Shown here piece after piece: positions 49,530 to 63,820 of a stretch of DNA of 64,000 nucleotides (position 1 is the first letter of the stretch; each line of letters begins with the position of its first letter). This stretch comes from Lytechinus pictus (taxonomy: Eukaryota), in contig NC_087263.1 in the NCBI RefSeq assembly GCF_037042905.1, positions 13,828,001 through 13,892,000 on the forward strand, written 5' to 3'. The notes under the pieces were generated by a model that did not search any database, was not told the origin of the DNA, and saw only the letters and a list, made by a program, of their open reading frames with translations. Made by a program: the position numbers and the translations under genes.

Positions 49530-50574
49530 ATTTAAACTCTGCTCTAAAGTTGGGGTTTAACTATTGACAGCCAAGCTGGACATAATCTGTAAAAGTATAG
49601 GATGAATTTATTAGCGCATCTGTTACTCAGATTATTCATAACTAGGAATGATTAATGAATAGATTTCTTTGCCATTATAGTGTGGTAAAAGAGCTAAGTA
49701 AACATAGCAAACATATGCTAACGAAATGTTGACATTTTCAGCTTCCTATTATTTTAGCACAGAGTTAGACCATGGCCTATCAAGTTAAACCCGACTTCAG
49801 AATACGTGCCACTATGTTTTATTGTTTTCCATGATTTCATTTTGGATGTGAGGCATATAAAGAGCAATCCTTTGCAAAGAGCGTTTTTTTCTTCTTTTTG
49901 TGGTACTATTGAAGAAAGGAAGAATTTGATACACGTAGTCGGGGCTCGACATTAGCAGTGGCCCGGGGCAACCTAAATTGAGAGTCGGGCCACCAAAATT
50001 CTGTAAAAGCCCACATTTGATGGCCCGTTCTGGCTACAAAAGTTTTGATAAATTATAATGTTTTCTATTGTTTTAGGGCCACCAAATTTGCTTTGTGGGC
50101 CACCAAAAATATTAAATTGATGATTTGGTGAACTGTTCGGGCCACCAAGAAAAAAGTTAGTGTGGAGCCTTGTAGCTAACTATTATTATGCCCATCTTTA
50201 TCACAAGTTTTGTTTAACGTTTTCTCTTTTTTTTAAGCAAAGCAATAGGTGCTAGAAATATGCACATGTAGGGGTAAATTTTTTAATCTTGGTTTATGAT
50301 CAGGTAACACATGTAAATTGCTTAATTTCCTTCAGCAAGAAATTGATCCACAATGTGCTGCACTCGACCCAGGTGAGGTAAATGGGTAACTGGCAGGAAA
50401 TCATTCCTTGAAACACAGTGCGTGTAACAGCTGCTCTGCTACAGCCTGGGTAGTTATGCTACTGGGCTGTCGAGCACTTACGAGATTTTTGATGAAATAA
50501 GTGTGGTGTGCTGTTTGAGCAAGCGTATTATTATCATTCAACTCTACTTTTAGCAAAACAGATGATAGTATATA

Positions 50575-50770
50575 ACGTCGCCTCCCCGCACAAAGGCCGT
50601 TAGCGCGCACTACACGTCGCCTTCCCGCAGAAAGGCCATGAGCATGCAGTGAACAGTGCGTGCTAACGGCATTTGTGCGGGAAGGCGACGCACAGTCCGC
50701 GCTAACGGCCCTTGTGCGGGAACGCGACACGCAGTGCGCGCTAACGGCCTTTGTGCGGGAAGGCGACGAT
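50575..50770. repeat. GC-rich palindromic element built from about 40-bp units
   Basis: CGTCGCCT.CCCGCACAAAGGCCGTTAGCGCGCAC twice, then its reverse complement three times. Confidence 0.8.
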
Positions 50771-51306
50771 AATGTTCATCATGGCACACAGACAATGCAT
50801 TTACAAGCTTTTTAGTTTGATACACTGTACACATGTATATGAGCAATATAATTCTCGCATATAATGCATTTTAAGCAACTGTTGTATACAAAAAAAAAAT
50901 ATCGACGGGTGTGACTTTAAGCCGTACTTGTAAATAGAAAGAGAACTTATTTATATTGTAGAGTACCTGTACATGAACATATATGTTATCCCAGTTTTTA
51001 TGTTGTTGTGTGTATATACATTGTAGATCTATTTTTATCCATTGATCCTTGGTTGCATTCTACCATTGCTTAGCTAGCCTACACGTGATATGCTCATAGC
51101 ACCTAAACATTATCACTGCTTACCCATACATGTACAGTGGTGCTAAAAAGTTACCGAACCCCACTGCAGAATGCACTCCTTCATGCTGAGTGTTAAATCA
51201 AGACAATAACTCTACTACATGTATGTTAGGCAAGCCCAGAGGAAGAAACTGTATTGAAAGTTAATATTTTATCACCTGACTTCACATTTAAATATCTAAA
51301 ACATGT

Positions 51307-51585
51307 GGAGCGTAGTGGCCCAGTGGATTAGTCTGCTGACTTTGAAACAGTCCTGGGTTCATATCCCAACCATGGCGTAATTTCCTTCGGCAAGAAATTT
51401 ATCCACATTGTGCTGCACTCGACCCAGGTGAGGTAAATGGGTACCTGGCAGGAATTTATTCCTTGAAATGCCACCGCGCTGTAAAAGGCTGAGGGGCTAA
51501 AGCCAGGGTAATAATATCTAATTGAGCGCATAGGGACGCATTTGGCAGTGATATGCGCTATACAAGCATGTTGATATTATTTTTA
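51307..51585 (+). mobile_element. tRNA-derived SINE
   Basis: Same head and core as 56226-56508. Confidence 0.85.
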
Positions 51586-54444
51586 TTAAAACGTGGCAGA
51601 ACTTGAACCCTTTGAATATGTTCATTTTCTGGTGGGGTTCACTAACCTTTTATCACCACTGTACGCATTTATGTGTGGAGAGTGGCAAATGCAGATAAAT
51701 GCAATACACATCAGTTTTGATGTTGGATTCAGATTTGGCTCCATAGTTTGAGTAATTTCTTAGGCAGACTCGTGATTTTTCTTTCTACTACTTTATTACT
51801 TGGCATGCTTTCTGTCATATCTCAGGTTTTAGAATACACTAGTAGTACTGATTTTACATGTACATGTATACATGTATATATATATATTGTATCCAATGTG
51901 AATGTTTCATAAAGATGTTTGATAAATTAACACATGATTTTTATGATGGGAGCTTTTATTTGTGAGAAATAAAATACCTCGCTCAATTTTTTGTAGGTGC
52001 AGGTGGACTGAATTGCATCGCTGGTCATATTTTATTAATGTTAACATTTCCATCCCTGTAATGTTAACTACAAGAATTTTAGTCTACAAGGGTAATATTT
52101 CAATTGATGTGCATTGAACCTTATCAAAATCTGACTGGGCTCCCAAGAACATACATTAGGGCCATATTAGACTAAAGGAGTTCTGGGGGCTTACACACCC
52201 TACCCCCCCCCCCCCCCTTAGGGAAAATACATAGTAAAATGCTGACAGTTAAATTAGTTAACCTTCTTTTTCCGTTTTACTTGTCGATGCAAATGTCAGC
52301 CACATTTTGAGTTGATTTTTTTTTCTTTTTTTTGGATGTTCATCTCAACAGAGAGACAAGTATTGAACTAGTCAATCTCGAAAGTCAATTCGTATTTTTT
52401 TATTTACAAAAAACAAATTTTTGATGAAGTGAGCACCCTCCCACACAAAAAACTTATTTGAATTAAAAATTATGGATAATCAGGTTCAAGACCCAATCAT
52501 GTGTTTCAGTTCTTAAAGTCATTCGTTACTTTGCAAACATCTTTATGAAACAGTCCCCTTTGAATGTGTAAAGAATACCTTGAAGTCTGTGGTAGAATTG
52601 CATAATGCTTTTATGTTTAAACTTCTGTTGTGGTCTATAATAACTGGCAAAGAATACACATGCAACCTATTGTCAATTTTCTACATGCCCAATATCCTGG
52701 GGGGGGGGGGGGGGGGGGCCTCTCGACTATATTTCTGTACACACGCGTGACCAAAAAAACATGTAAAAAGGGTACAGTACTTTTTTTGCTGATCATGGCA
52801 CATGATGCGTGTAACGCATTTAGGGTGTCAAAAAGGACAAAATCAGGCAAAAAGGGTATGGTTGTTGGGTAAAACACTCATATTTTTTACTGGTTATACT
52901 TTTAGGGGGCAAAATTGTAAAAAAAATGCATGCAAAATACTTGAATACATGTAGGTATAGATTTGACCAATGGATAAAACTTGTTTAGGGTGGGTTTGTA
53001 AAAGCTGTTGTCGTGTGTGTGTACAGCAATATATTTAAGTGGCATCCCTGGGCCCAAAATTAATGTATCTGTTCTTATAGTCTTCCTGGTCCCTTTCACA
53101 CAGAGCTTTATATTTGATTTTACAGTTTGATCTTTACAATCGATTGCATATAACAATCAATGTAAATCAGTTGTTAAAAATCCATCCTTTGATCAATCGC
53201 CAAGTCTTGTGTCACAGGGCCTTGTATATATTCAGTGCCAAAGTTACCTTGGATGTTTATGGTCATTGACGAAGGTTGAATTCGCATAATTTGATAGTAA
53301 TTGTTACAGCTTTCCCTAACATTGTCAAATAGTCTAATCACCTTATTATTGGTCAAAACTGGATACCATAACTGTTCCTGCTAAAGAACAAAACTGTGCA
53401 CAGAACCTGAGAAGAAATGGGCAAACTGCCCTTCTTTAGCCTGTAAAAACAACTACCCTGTCCATACACTCCAGTCCCGCTCAGATGGTTCAAATCATTG
53501 CAAAAATAGTCCCCCATCCCTCCCCACACACACCATTATCTGCCTACATGTTTCATTAGAACAGATGTTTAACAAATTGAAAATTGACTTGTATTTACAC
53601 TAGCAGCATATTTGTAAACTATGCAAAGTAAGTTTCCTTAAAATTAGGGTTTGAATTTTAAAGAACCCCATTCATGTATGTACATTTACTCACTATATAT
53701 TAAAGGCCAAATTAGATTTAAGTATTCATTTACTTTGTAGAATATTGAAAATATATCTACTATTAAAAAAAAAAAAAAGAAGAAAAGAAGATTAATAAAA
53801 AGAAGAGAAGATAATGTCACAACGGAAATGCAACTTGTTTTATTAGGCAGCTATATTCAGGCAGCTTGTATACGGATACATGTAGGGTACTATACAGTGT
53901 ATATACATAATAGAGTCTATCTACCTTATAAGTTTATATGTTTATATGTATATTTGTCTCCAATAAGCATGTTCATGTACTTGTGACACTTTCTGTTAAT
54001 GGCAATTGGTGTTGACTTCAGCTTAAAGCCTGTCGGTAGTTTGGTAAAAAATCAATAGTAATATTATTTGGGTATTATCATTCATTCCAATCTTCCTAAA
54101 GTGTGGTGACTGTAATATTGTGTTTCCCCATCGATTCTTTCTGAGAAATTTGAAATTGATATTTTTAGGATATCGAATGAAATTTCAAATGTTCAACTAA
54201 AGGATAAAAAAGTAAAATATGAAATAATAATAAATAAATAATAATGATAATGAAATATAATTATAAAAGTAAAGATAAATAATAGAATGATGATAACAAA
54301 AATATTCACATTTTGGCCTAAATCTTCAGGATATTACATGTATCTTTGTATTTTTCTGATATTTTAAGAAAAAAAGAAGGTAACGTTGCTGAGCGAGGGT
54401 GCTACATATAGATATCTAAAAAAATCACAAAGAATCTACTTATG

Positions 54445-54730
54445 GGGGCGTCTTGGTCTAGTGGTTACGACTTTGCTCTTTCAATCTGAGGGACGTGAGT
54501 TCAGTTCCCAACTGTGGCATGTTTTCCTTCAGCAAGAAATTTACCCACATTGTGCTGCACTCGACCCAGGTGAGGTGAATGGGTACCCAGTAGGAAGGAA
54601 TTCCTCGAATTGCTTGAGCGCCTATATGGCAACTCGGCCACAGCTGGGGTAATAATATGATACCAAATGTTAAGCGCAGTAGAGTATATTAATATAGTAG
54701 CTGTGCTATATAATTGGTCCATATTATTAT
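54445..54730 (+). mobile_element. tRNA-derived SINE
   Basis: Same core GCTGCACTCGACCCAGGTGAGG..GGGTACC. Confidence 0.8.
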
Positions 54731-56225
54731 ACATGTAGGATATAAAAAAATAGAATATTCAAATTTTGTCTGATATTATCTTTATATCTGTCTGATGTCC
54801 AATCAATAGATTGGGTAGAGAAGTCCTCAAATTGCCTTTTTAAAAGAAAATATTTAAACATTGCTAGGTCATGTGGCCTAGTGGTTAGAGCATTGGACTC
54901 ATGATCATAAAATTGTGAGTTCGAATCCCCGCTCTGCCATTGCCTCCACTTTGATAAAAAAATAAAATAAAATTGAGGGTAATTTCTGCCATTGTGACTG
55001 ATTAACTTAGACGAAAAATGTGTCCTATGTAATTTTTTATAAACCAGCTTGGCGTTATACCAGCAAAAGGCTGTCCTGCCGAGTTTATGCAGGAGTTACC
55101 ATAACAGAAACAGAGCTAGGGTGCTACATGTTAATGATGTAGATACTTGTATCTGAAAAAATCACAAGAAATTTTTGCAAAGAACCTTATGTTTGATGGC
55201 CAGTACATGTTTGTAAGATGACAACCAAGAATACTGTAATTTGCATTATTGACCATTTACCAAAGTTTCCGATGGGCTTTAAGACTGCAGATAATTTTTT
55301 CATGGAGTGTATGTATAGATTGTACCTTTCAGATCCCCATAAGACGGAGTATCTCTTTGTGTGTGTTAACATTATTACATGTATATCCCGTTTTTAGAAA
55401 CGTCAATGTGTACATCTCAGTACAATGTAAATATGCATAGACTTCTTTACACATTGCCATGTATATTATCACACTGCATTTTCTATATAAGTTTTATGTG
55501 ATACAGAACATTATACATCTATTTTACTGGACAGGTACATGTATAAGAATGTGCTTGTATCAAATACATTCATGGACAATGTTAACGTATGAATAGTTTT
55601 GCATTATACAGAAACTTGAGTGATAAAATGTCAAGGATTATAAAGCAATGCTCAAGATTGAAGTTCAAATGAGTATCTAATTTGAAAATAATGATTTCAG
55701 TGCTTTACAGATCATCATATACATGTACAGTCAATGTTGCCCTAGTATGTATTGCACTCTCTCCACTCCTTGGGGAGTGATTCAGGTGAGGTGGATGGGT
55801 ACCCGACAGGATTAATTCCTTGAATGCACTAAGCGCCGGTGATGGTAGCTCGAGCTAAAGCCGGGGTGATAATCGCAGTGCTTTGGATCCTCAGGCAGAA
55901 AGTGCTATATAAAAACCAGCTATTATTATTATTATTCACCATCTTTCTTTTAGCTATGGGTACAGTAAGGCTTTGTCCGTGGATTGAATTAGTACTGCTA
56001 TTTCCCACAATTGATATGAGATTACATTTATTTTTTTTCAATTAAAATCTCTGGAAGGATTCCAACATGGCATCCCATATTCAAATTATTGTTTGTGAAG
56101 TCATGTGCATAGTCCAGATTGAGCTTTGATGTATGGAATCTCTCTTTCCCAAAGCTAACATAGAGGGCCTCCTGACTCCCAATCCCTTACCCAGTGCAAT
56201 CCACTCTTCTCCCATCCGTGGAGAT

Positions 56226-56508
56226 AGAGCATTGTGGCCCAGTGGATTAGTCTTCTGACTTTGAAACAGAGGGTCGTGGGTTTGAATCCCAGCCATGGCG
56301 TAATTTCCTTCAGCAAGAAATTTATCCACATTGCGCTGCACTCAACCCAGGTGGGGTGAATGGGTACCTGGCAGGATTAATTCCTTGAATGCATGAGCGC
56401 TGAGAAAGGCAGCTCGAGCTAAAGCCGGAGTAATAATGATAATAACAACACGCCTCGGAATAGAATATTTCTAGATAGATGGCGCTATATAAATGCCTAT
56501 TATTATTA
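56226..56508 (+). mobile_element. tRNA-derived SINE inserted in a palindromic element (about 56109-56615)
   Basis: Full head, core and tail; the flanks are inverted repeats of each other. Confidence 0.85.
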
Positions 56509-57279
56509 TCCGCATAAAATGTGAGATGAGTGGATATCGGCACTGGGTTAGGGATTGGGAGTCAGGAGGCCCTCTATGTTACAGCTTCCGAACATCAAAG
56601 TCTAATCTGGACTATACATGTAAATGTACATTTTAAAAACCCCAGCCTCTTACAGTGTATGTAAATCTAGATGAACACCTTTAGAGGACGATCCTCTGGA
56701 TATTTGCCTGTGCATTACAATGTGTGTGTATCTGTCTTATGTATGGCTGATGTAATATCAGAAATGCATTTTATGTACTTTTATTTTATAAATAAAGGAG
56801 AGAGATAAAAATTTGAGACTGGTCTGCATTTGAGCCCGGCGCGCACTACAAGATCCGTTGTGATCCAATTTTCAAAGAAATTGTAATAGCAGTTAGTATA
56901 ATGATACGAACACACATTTTAATAATGAACATACCAGCCTATAAAATCTTCATTATAAAAGTTCCAAAAAGTGGCATGAATCCTACATGTAAAGTCGAAA
57001 TTGCACTCTACTTTGAGCCTTCCTTCTGAGCCTCGACTGTAACTAGAAACAAAATTTGGATCTTACTCCAACCTCAAGGCTTGCAGTAAAGGAGATTTCT
57101 GATTTTGGTATTCCTAGCATTATACTGAACTTTAAATGAACCGATTTCATTTACCATGGCATTGGAACTTTCATATTTATTTTTTTTCATACTTTCAAAT
57201 TGTGATATGTACAAAACTTGCATCAAGGTGGGATCATGTAGTGTGTGCCAGTTTTAAAGCTGTCTAGCCAATGTTTAAC

Positions 57280-57900
57280 CCCTTTCTCCCGTCATTCCCT
57301 CTCCCCACTCTTCCTCTCTCCCCTCCCGATCACCTCAATTTTCCATGGTCTTTCCCCTCGGTCTCTCTTCAAATGCCCTGAATTTTCATATCACGTTCTC
57401 CCCTCCCCCCTCTCCCTTTCCAAACCTTGAAGTCTTTTAATAGCTATCTCTCTCTTGCCCCCCCTCTCTCCTCTCCCTATCACCTTTACTAACCCTCTCC
57501 TCTTTTTCACTTACTCTTATCTCCCTCCCTTCTCTCCCCTCCCACCCCCCCTTTATCTTTCTTGCCCCTCTTGCTTCCCCCCTCCCCTCTCCCAATTCCC
57601 TTTACTCACCCTCTCTTCCGCTTATCTCCCTCCCATCCCCTTTTTTTTATCTCTCTTGCTTTCCCCTCCCCCTTTTCTCACTTTCCCCTCCCACCCCCTT
57701 TTTTATCTCCTCGCCCTTCTTGCCCCTTCTGCTACCCCCCTCCCCCTCTTCTCACTTTCTCTCCTCTCCCACTGTCTCATGCTTTGTACTCCCTCTATCT
57801 CCTCACTTGCCCCCCCCCCTCTGTCTCCCTCTCACCCCCCCTCCCTTTCCCGCCATTCCCCTTCCCCTCCCACTCTTTTCCCTTACGTCCACCTCTCCTT
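57280..57900. repeat. C/T-rich low-complexity tract
   Basis: Seen directly. Confidence 0.9.
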
Positions 57901-59923
57901 TTGACATACTATTCTCATGAAGCTTACAAGTCTATTAATTATTCTACATGTACATCTATCGTTAACGGTAACTACAAACAAATACACAGACCAATGATCT
58001 TAAACGCTTCTTTTTTTATATTTCATTAATCATTAGAATGCATATAATGCACAAAATATGATCTTATTTACAACATTATCATGTGAGATTATAAAGCAAG
58101 AACAGCTTTCAATGTAAAGACCTGTTAAAATATGATAAAGTAATATATACAGAGATGTTAATAATTTTTTAGGAAGTATAAAGTATTCTACATTTCTACT
58201 ACACAAATACATGACCTCTTACAACATAACATACAAAGTACACAATCTTTCCATACATGAATAAAATATTGTGCAAACTATTATTATTACACAATTCTAT
58301 AAAATTTACCAAATACTCCAACATCTAAACTGCTGAATAATTCATAAATAATCCAGCTATAAAACATGAAATCATTCAATATTTTCTACACAAGCAAAAT
58401 ACACGCAAACAATATTTCATTCAAATCCATTTCACTACCATACTACTTTTCTTCCTCGATTGCACTACATATACAACTCTCGGTTTTACTGAGAATTTAT
58501 AATGAAAGCATGAACTATATGGTTTATACGACAATGCAACAATTATATAATTCATAAGTATTGGTGTTTACCTTTAATACATGCAGAAATACATTGAATA
58601 TGACCAAAGAGAAAACGCATCAGGCTAAAAATGACATACATGTACATGTACATGTATATAAGTGCATAGAGAGTTATATAATAATTCTCATACACTAAAT
58701 CATTCTATATATTATCAAAAGAATATTTTAAGAGCATCAATATTTTTATCATTTCAACTTTAAGAATTGTCACTACCATTTTCAATCTTGCCATCATCAT
58801 CATCACCACCAGTATTATCATATATTATTATTTCTAATATAAATATCTTTAATAAAATTTTCAAAAATCAATTTAATATGAACTTTAAAATCAATGAATT
58901 GTGGATACTTTTTGCGATAAACATTTAAATCCCGAAGAGAATTATAGATCATGATTATCAAATAAATACATGAAGTCTATGACTAAAATCCCCACATATT
59001 CTGTTGTATTCTACATTGAGATGGCAATGTTGATTATTTTTTCAACTGCAAAACATGTTTAAAAAAATAATGATATTCAAATGGTCTGCAGTATGGAAAT
59101 AGTCCAGCTATTCATTCATTTAAATAAAGTCAACGTACGAGATCCATTTTCTTTACTCCTTTGAAATCAAAGCCTGCTTTTGGGAATCAAAGCAAGTAAC
59201 TTATCAGCATAAATTAGAGTTATTGATAACTTCTATTATTGTTGTTATCATTATAATCATCATAAAATATACAGTGTAAGCCCTCCATCAGGGCAACACT
59301 TTAAACAGACACTCTTAGAAGTTTAATTATGAGTTTGCTTGATGCAATATCACAGTAATATTGCAGTACATTCCTATCCACGAAATAGTTTCAAAATAAA
59401 GAGTTTCAAGCAGGAAGCAAAGTAATTTTAAATACACTTACCCAAATTCACATAATTTTGCCATTATATAACAATTATATAAGAAAAATTTCAGCAACAT
59501 TTTTTTAAATTATTTTTTTTTGCAGATACTGTAGCTAGTATGTAACATGTATAAAATGGGTAATAAATTTTCTTCTTTGTCATTTGTCTCACTTTGCTTT
59601 AATTGGGGCATTATTGTTTACATGTACATGTAGCTATCATGCTACACAAGATGTACCGGGTACTGCGTCTTTCCTTTGCACGACGAATGCTTCTTTGACT
59701 GTTGACAATTATGTCTATGCCTTCAGTATTACAGAGTTTACACTTTTCATTGACACATTATCATGTGGCTAAAATTATATGGTCTTGTCATTACTTTCAG
59801 CATAACACCGATTCGCCCCCGAAACACTCCACATGCGTAGATGGTTCAATCGGGAATTTCATCGTCATAGAAGCAGACGTTGTACAAGACGAAAGCTCCT
59901 TACAGTGATAAATACAACACATA

Positions 59924-60238
59924 GGCCCGTATTCTGAAGTCGGGTTTAACTTAAACTCAGTTTTAAAGTTGTGGTTTAAGTAAGGATAGCCTATTGTTAC
60001 ATAAATCACTAATGGTAGAGATATCATGTTTCAGCTCATTTGGCTCTCAAATCAATCATAATTGTCTAGGAAGTATAAATAAATAGATGATTGTCTTCAC
60101 CATCGATGAATCAGAAAAGAGCACAGTAAACATAAGAAACATATAACTGAATAAAAATGTTGACACTTTTGGCTTCCCATACTTAAACCACAACTTTAAA
60201 CCTGAGTTTAAGTTAAACCCGACTTCAGAATACGGGCC
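59924..60238. mobile_element. Tourist/Harbinger-like MITE
   Basis: TIR GGCCCGTATTCTGAAGTCGGGTTTAACTTAAACTCAG (37 bp perfect) and 3-bp TSD ATA. Related decayed copy at about 49530-49810. Confidence 0.85.
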
Positions 60239-62747
60239 ATAGTCACTAACATAGTGTATTCACTCAATTAAAGGACAATCCCATATTCCCTTTTACATTT
60301 CATACATGTTAAACATCCTATTTTACAATTTATACAATCACACAATTAAGAAAAAATACCCTGTTCAATACACTTCTCCCTGGAAGGAGGGAAAGATAAT
60401 TCATATCCTGATTTGTGCATTAAAAATGGTTATTTATACCAACATTCTTTAATATGAATCCATTCTACAGAATTGGCATCCTTTGAGCAGGTCAATAGTT
60501 TTTACTATTGCCCGGCTCAAAAAATAATTGGTATATAAAATATACTAACTGCACTTTTATTCAGTCAATAGTAAAAACCATTACCCTCAATGACCTTGCA
60601 ACTCTAGGCTTACTATTTTCCTTCAGGGAAAAATAGCAGGCCTATAGTCGAGGGATGAATTTGGGGCAATAGTTTTTACTATTACCCTCATGAGCAGTCA
60701 ATATTTGTATAATTAACGCATGACTGAGTGATTTCAACTTCAAGTACATACGATTCAAACATGAACACATTGCCACAGTTGATTGTATCAGTCCTAGAAG
60801 AGAGCTCCCCGAAGTTCAAGCTTCCTGGAGAAAAATTACTTTCCAAACAGCCACTCTGACAAAGAAAATTTGCCAGTCAGACGAAGGGAATTGTGGAACA
60901 ATATTCACAATTACCTAGCAAGTTCTTCTCCTAGGTCCAATCTTATTCATCAACTCTCACCCTGCTGTGTTAGGCAAAGCATGATGGTACTGTATTGCAA
61001 CAACAACGCACAAATGACAGATTAAGTTTGCTCTTTTAGAAGACAAATAAACCATTCCCATTCTTGTTGCTTACTCACTTCATTTTACCACGGTATGGCA
61101 AAGCAAGCCCTGGTATTATCATTAAATGTCCAATCAATTCCACAATAAAGCACAATTATAAGCCTATGGCAAATCATGTATAAAAGGTTAAAATTGATTG
61201 TAAATATCAACTGCTTCTCTTTATGAAACTGGGCCCCTGGGGCGAGGGCCTGTTGCAGATTGAGTTGCAATCGAACGCATAGATCTCCAAGAATCGAACA
61301 CAATTTTGTTTTCAACCGATGAGCAGTGCGCACTTGTGACTAGCATTTGCTTTTTCTGAGAAGAGTTTGAGTGCAACTCTAACAATCTACTTGGTTTCCA
61401 ACCAATCAAAATCATGGATTTGGCATTTGCGACTGATTGTTTGACCTGCATTCAAACGCAACTCTTCCAAAGATTAGCCCAAGGTCTAAGAAGAAAAACA
61501 TCAATGAACTTTTAGCTCAAGAATAACTTTCCCATCCTATGGTTCCAATGACACTGCAAGTTCACAGATTAATATTCTTACCCTGGCCTGACCCATGAAA
61601 TTCCATTGTCAAAAATAAACAAAAAGCTTAGGGACTGTTTGCTAATCATTACCATGCATTGGTAGGATTAGATAGCTACTGAACAGGTGCTGTATATGTA
61701 CTGCCGCAGTTTAATGATTAGAGTAAATATTTTTTTCTTGCAAGTGATACTGCCTACATGTAACTGCACATCTTCAAAGCAAATACACTTTTTTAAGTAT
61801 AAATGGTACCTTAATTCTCAAATAAAATAATGCCAATCACATCATACATGTCTAGAGTAAGGATAAAGAAGATACGCTATGTATTAATAGGAAAGAACTT
61901 AAGCAAATAATCATAGAGGATTATGATTCAATAATTGTCCAGTGTGTTCCTCATAAAGCAAGGCTGACCATCCCTAATACTGGTAATAGAACAGTCCATA
62001 CAGTACATCTGCAGCCGAGACACGGTCCAAGCGTGGACCTACTTGAGGTACATGGTCCCAGTAAGGTAATGCTAGACCAAGATTTCTGCCAGATGACATG
62101 AAGCAGGAGCATCACAGCCTGTTCACAGAGACAGCCTCTGCATCGAGGCTATTGGTCAATACCGGTCAGCTGACTCAGCTGCTAGTCTATTACGAGGTCA
62201 CTTCATGCAGTAGTCACCTCTCCATACAATTTCCAGTTGACACTTTATTTCTTTCGCCTCCAAAAACCATCGGTCAATCCGAAAAGACTACCGGTCAATA
62301 GCATCTTTTATACACCGATTTGGTAGAGTTTGGTACTCAATATGGAGCAATCATAAATTTTCAGGATTTTTGGTAAGAGCAACAATAGATGGAAGGTGAA
62401 AGCCTTTCTCCAGTTGACATCTATATTTCTTTCTTTCGTCATTTCATTTAAATAGAGAATGACCCCCCAGTCAGAGCGTCTATTATACATGTACATTGGT
62501 TTGACTGCATTCGGTACTCAATACAGGGCAATCAGAGACAATCAAGATTTTTGGTAAGAGCAAAGGCTATGAAAGGCTAGAACGTTTCTCCAGTTGATAC
62601 CTATAATTCTTCACGAACAAAGAACCATCAGTCCAATTAGAGAGAGATCACCGGTCAATAGCATCTTATATACACAGCGCAATGTTCCATGGAAGGTTTA
62701 CGGTCAAATTAAAGCAGCAGCAACATCACCGAAGCGATGGGATGGTA

Positions 62748-62850
62748 TTAGCTGTGTTGCGTGGACATGATCATGGCACGTTTAAGCTGCTCGTAGCATA
62801 CAAACATCACAATGTTCCAGGAGCCCAGTCGCAAAAACTGTGGCGTGAAT
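62748..62850 (-). CDS. UCP2: Last exon of a mitochondrial uncoupling protein (UCP2/UCP3-like, SLC25); upstream exons lie beyond the window
   Basis: After acceptor tctttccag it reads (G)[33 protein letters not shown], matching the UCP C-terminal signature [26 protein letters not shown]. Confidence 0.9.
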
Positions 62851-63221
62851 CTGGAAAGACAAAAAAAGAGGACAATTTGTTGAATAAGACAGGACACTTT
62901 GTTTTCACAGAATAATTAATGATTACAACTATAACAATAATAGTAATAATAATATTGGGGTTATAATATGCTGGGCTACCAGTTCCGGTGCTCACAGCTT
63001 CTTACAAAGGAATAACTTCCTGTCGGTTCCCCATTTACCTCACCTCGGTTGGCTCACTGGAGAATGAGTACACATGTGGGAGCTTGAGTGTATATTGAAC
63101 AAAATAATAAAGTGACAGGCCAAGTGGAAACTGGAAATCGGCCAAAGTAGACAAGAGCTTATTGGCAATGACACCAAATGGTTAATAGCCAAAGCGGTTG
63201 CAGACCTTGCGGGATGACAGT

Positions 63222-63820
63222 AAATGGAAAGTAGACCAAGTGGGTGCAGCCCAAGTGGCAATTAATTGAATTTAATTTACCAAATAGCTAGTAGACGAAC
63301 TAGGATTAAACCATGTGGGTCGAGACCAAATGGAAAGTAGACAAAGTGGGTGTGGACCAAGTGGCTATTAATTCAATTGAATTTACCAAATAGCTAGTAG
63401 ACGAACTAGGATTAGACCATGTGAGATGAGAGATCAAATGGAAAGTAGACAAAGTGGGTGTAGCCCAAGTGGCAATTACTTCAACTGAATTTACCAAATG
63501 GCTTATAGACGAACTAGGATTAGACCATGTGAGATGAGAGATCAAATGGAAAGTAGACCAAGTGGGTGCAGCCCAAGTGGCAATTAATTCAATTAAATTT
63601 ACCAAATGGCTAGTAGACGAACTAGGATTAGACCATGTGGGATGAGACCAAATGGAAAGTAGACCAAGTGGGTATAGACCAAGTGGCAATTAATTCAATT
63701 GAATTTACCAAATGGCTAGTAGACGAACTCGGATTAGACCATGTGGGTCGAGACCAAATGGAAAGTAGGCAAAGTGGGTGTAGCCCAAGTGGCAATTAAT
63801 TCAACTGAATTTACCAAATG
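63222..63820. repeat. Minisatellite, 106-108-bp unit, about 5.5 copies
   Basis: AAATGGAAAGTAG recurs at 63222, 63328, 63436, 63544, 63650 and 63756. Confidence 0.92.

Noticed and set aside
63306..63689. 127-aa repetitive ORF on the minus strand
   Set aside because: Translation of the 106-108-bp minisatellite inside the UCP intron; the unit length is not consistently a multiple of 3.
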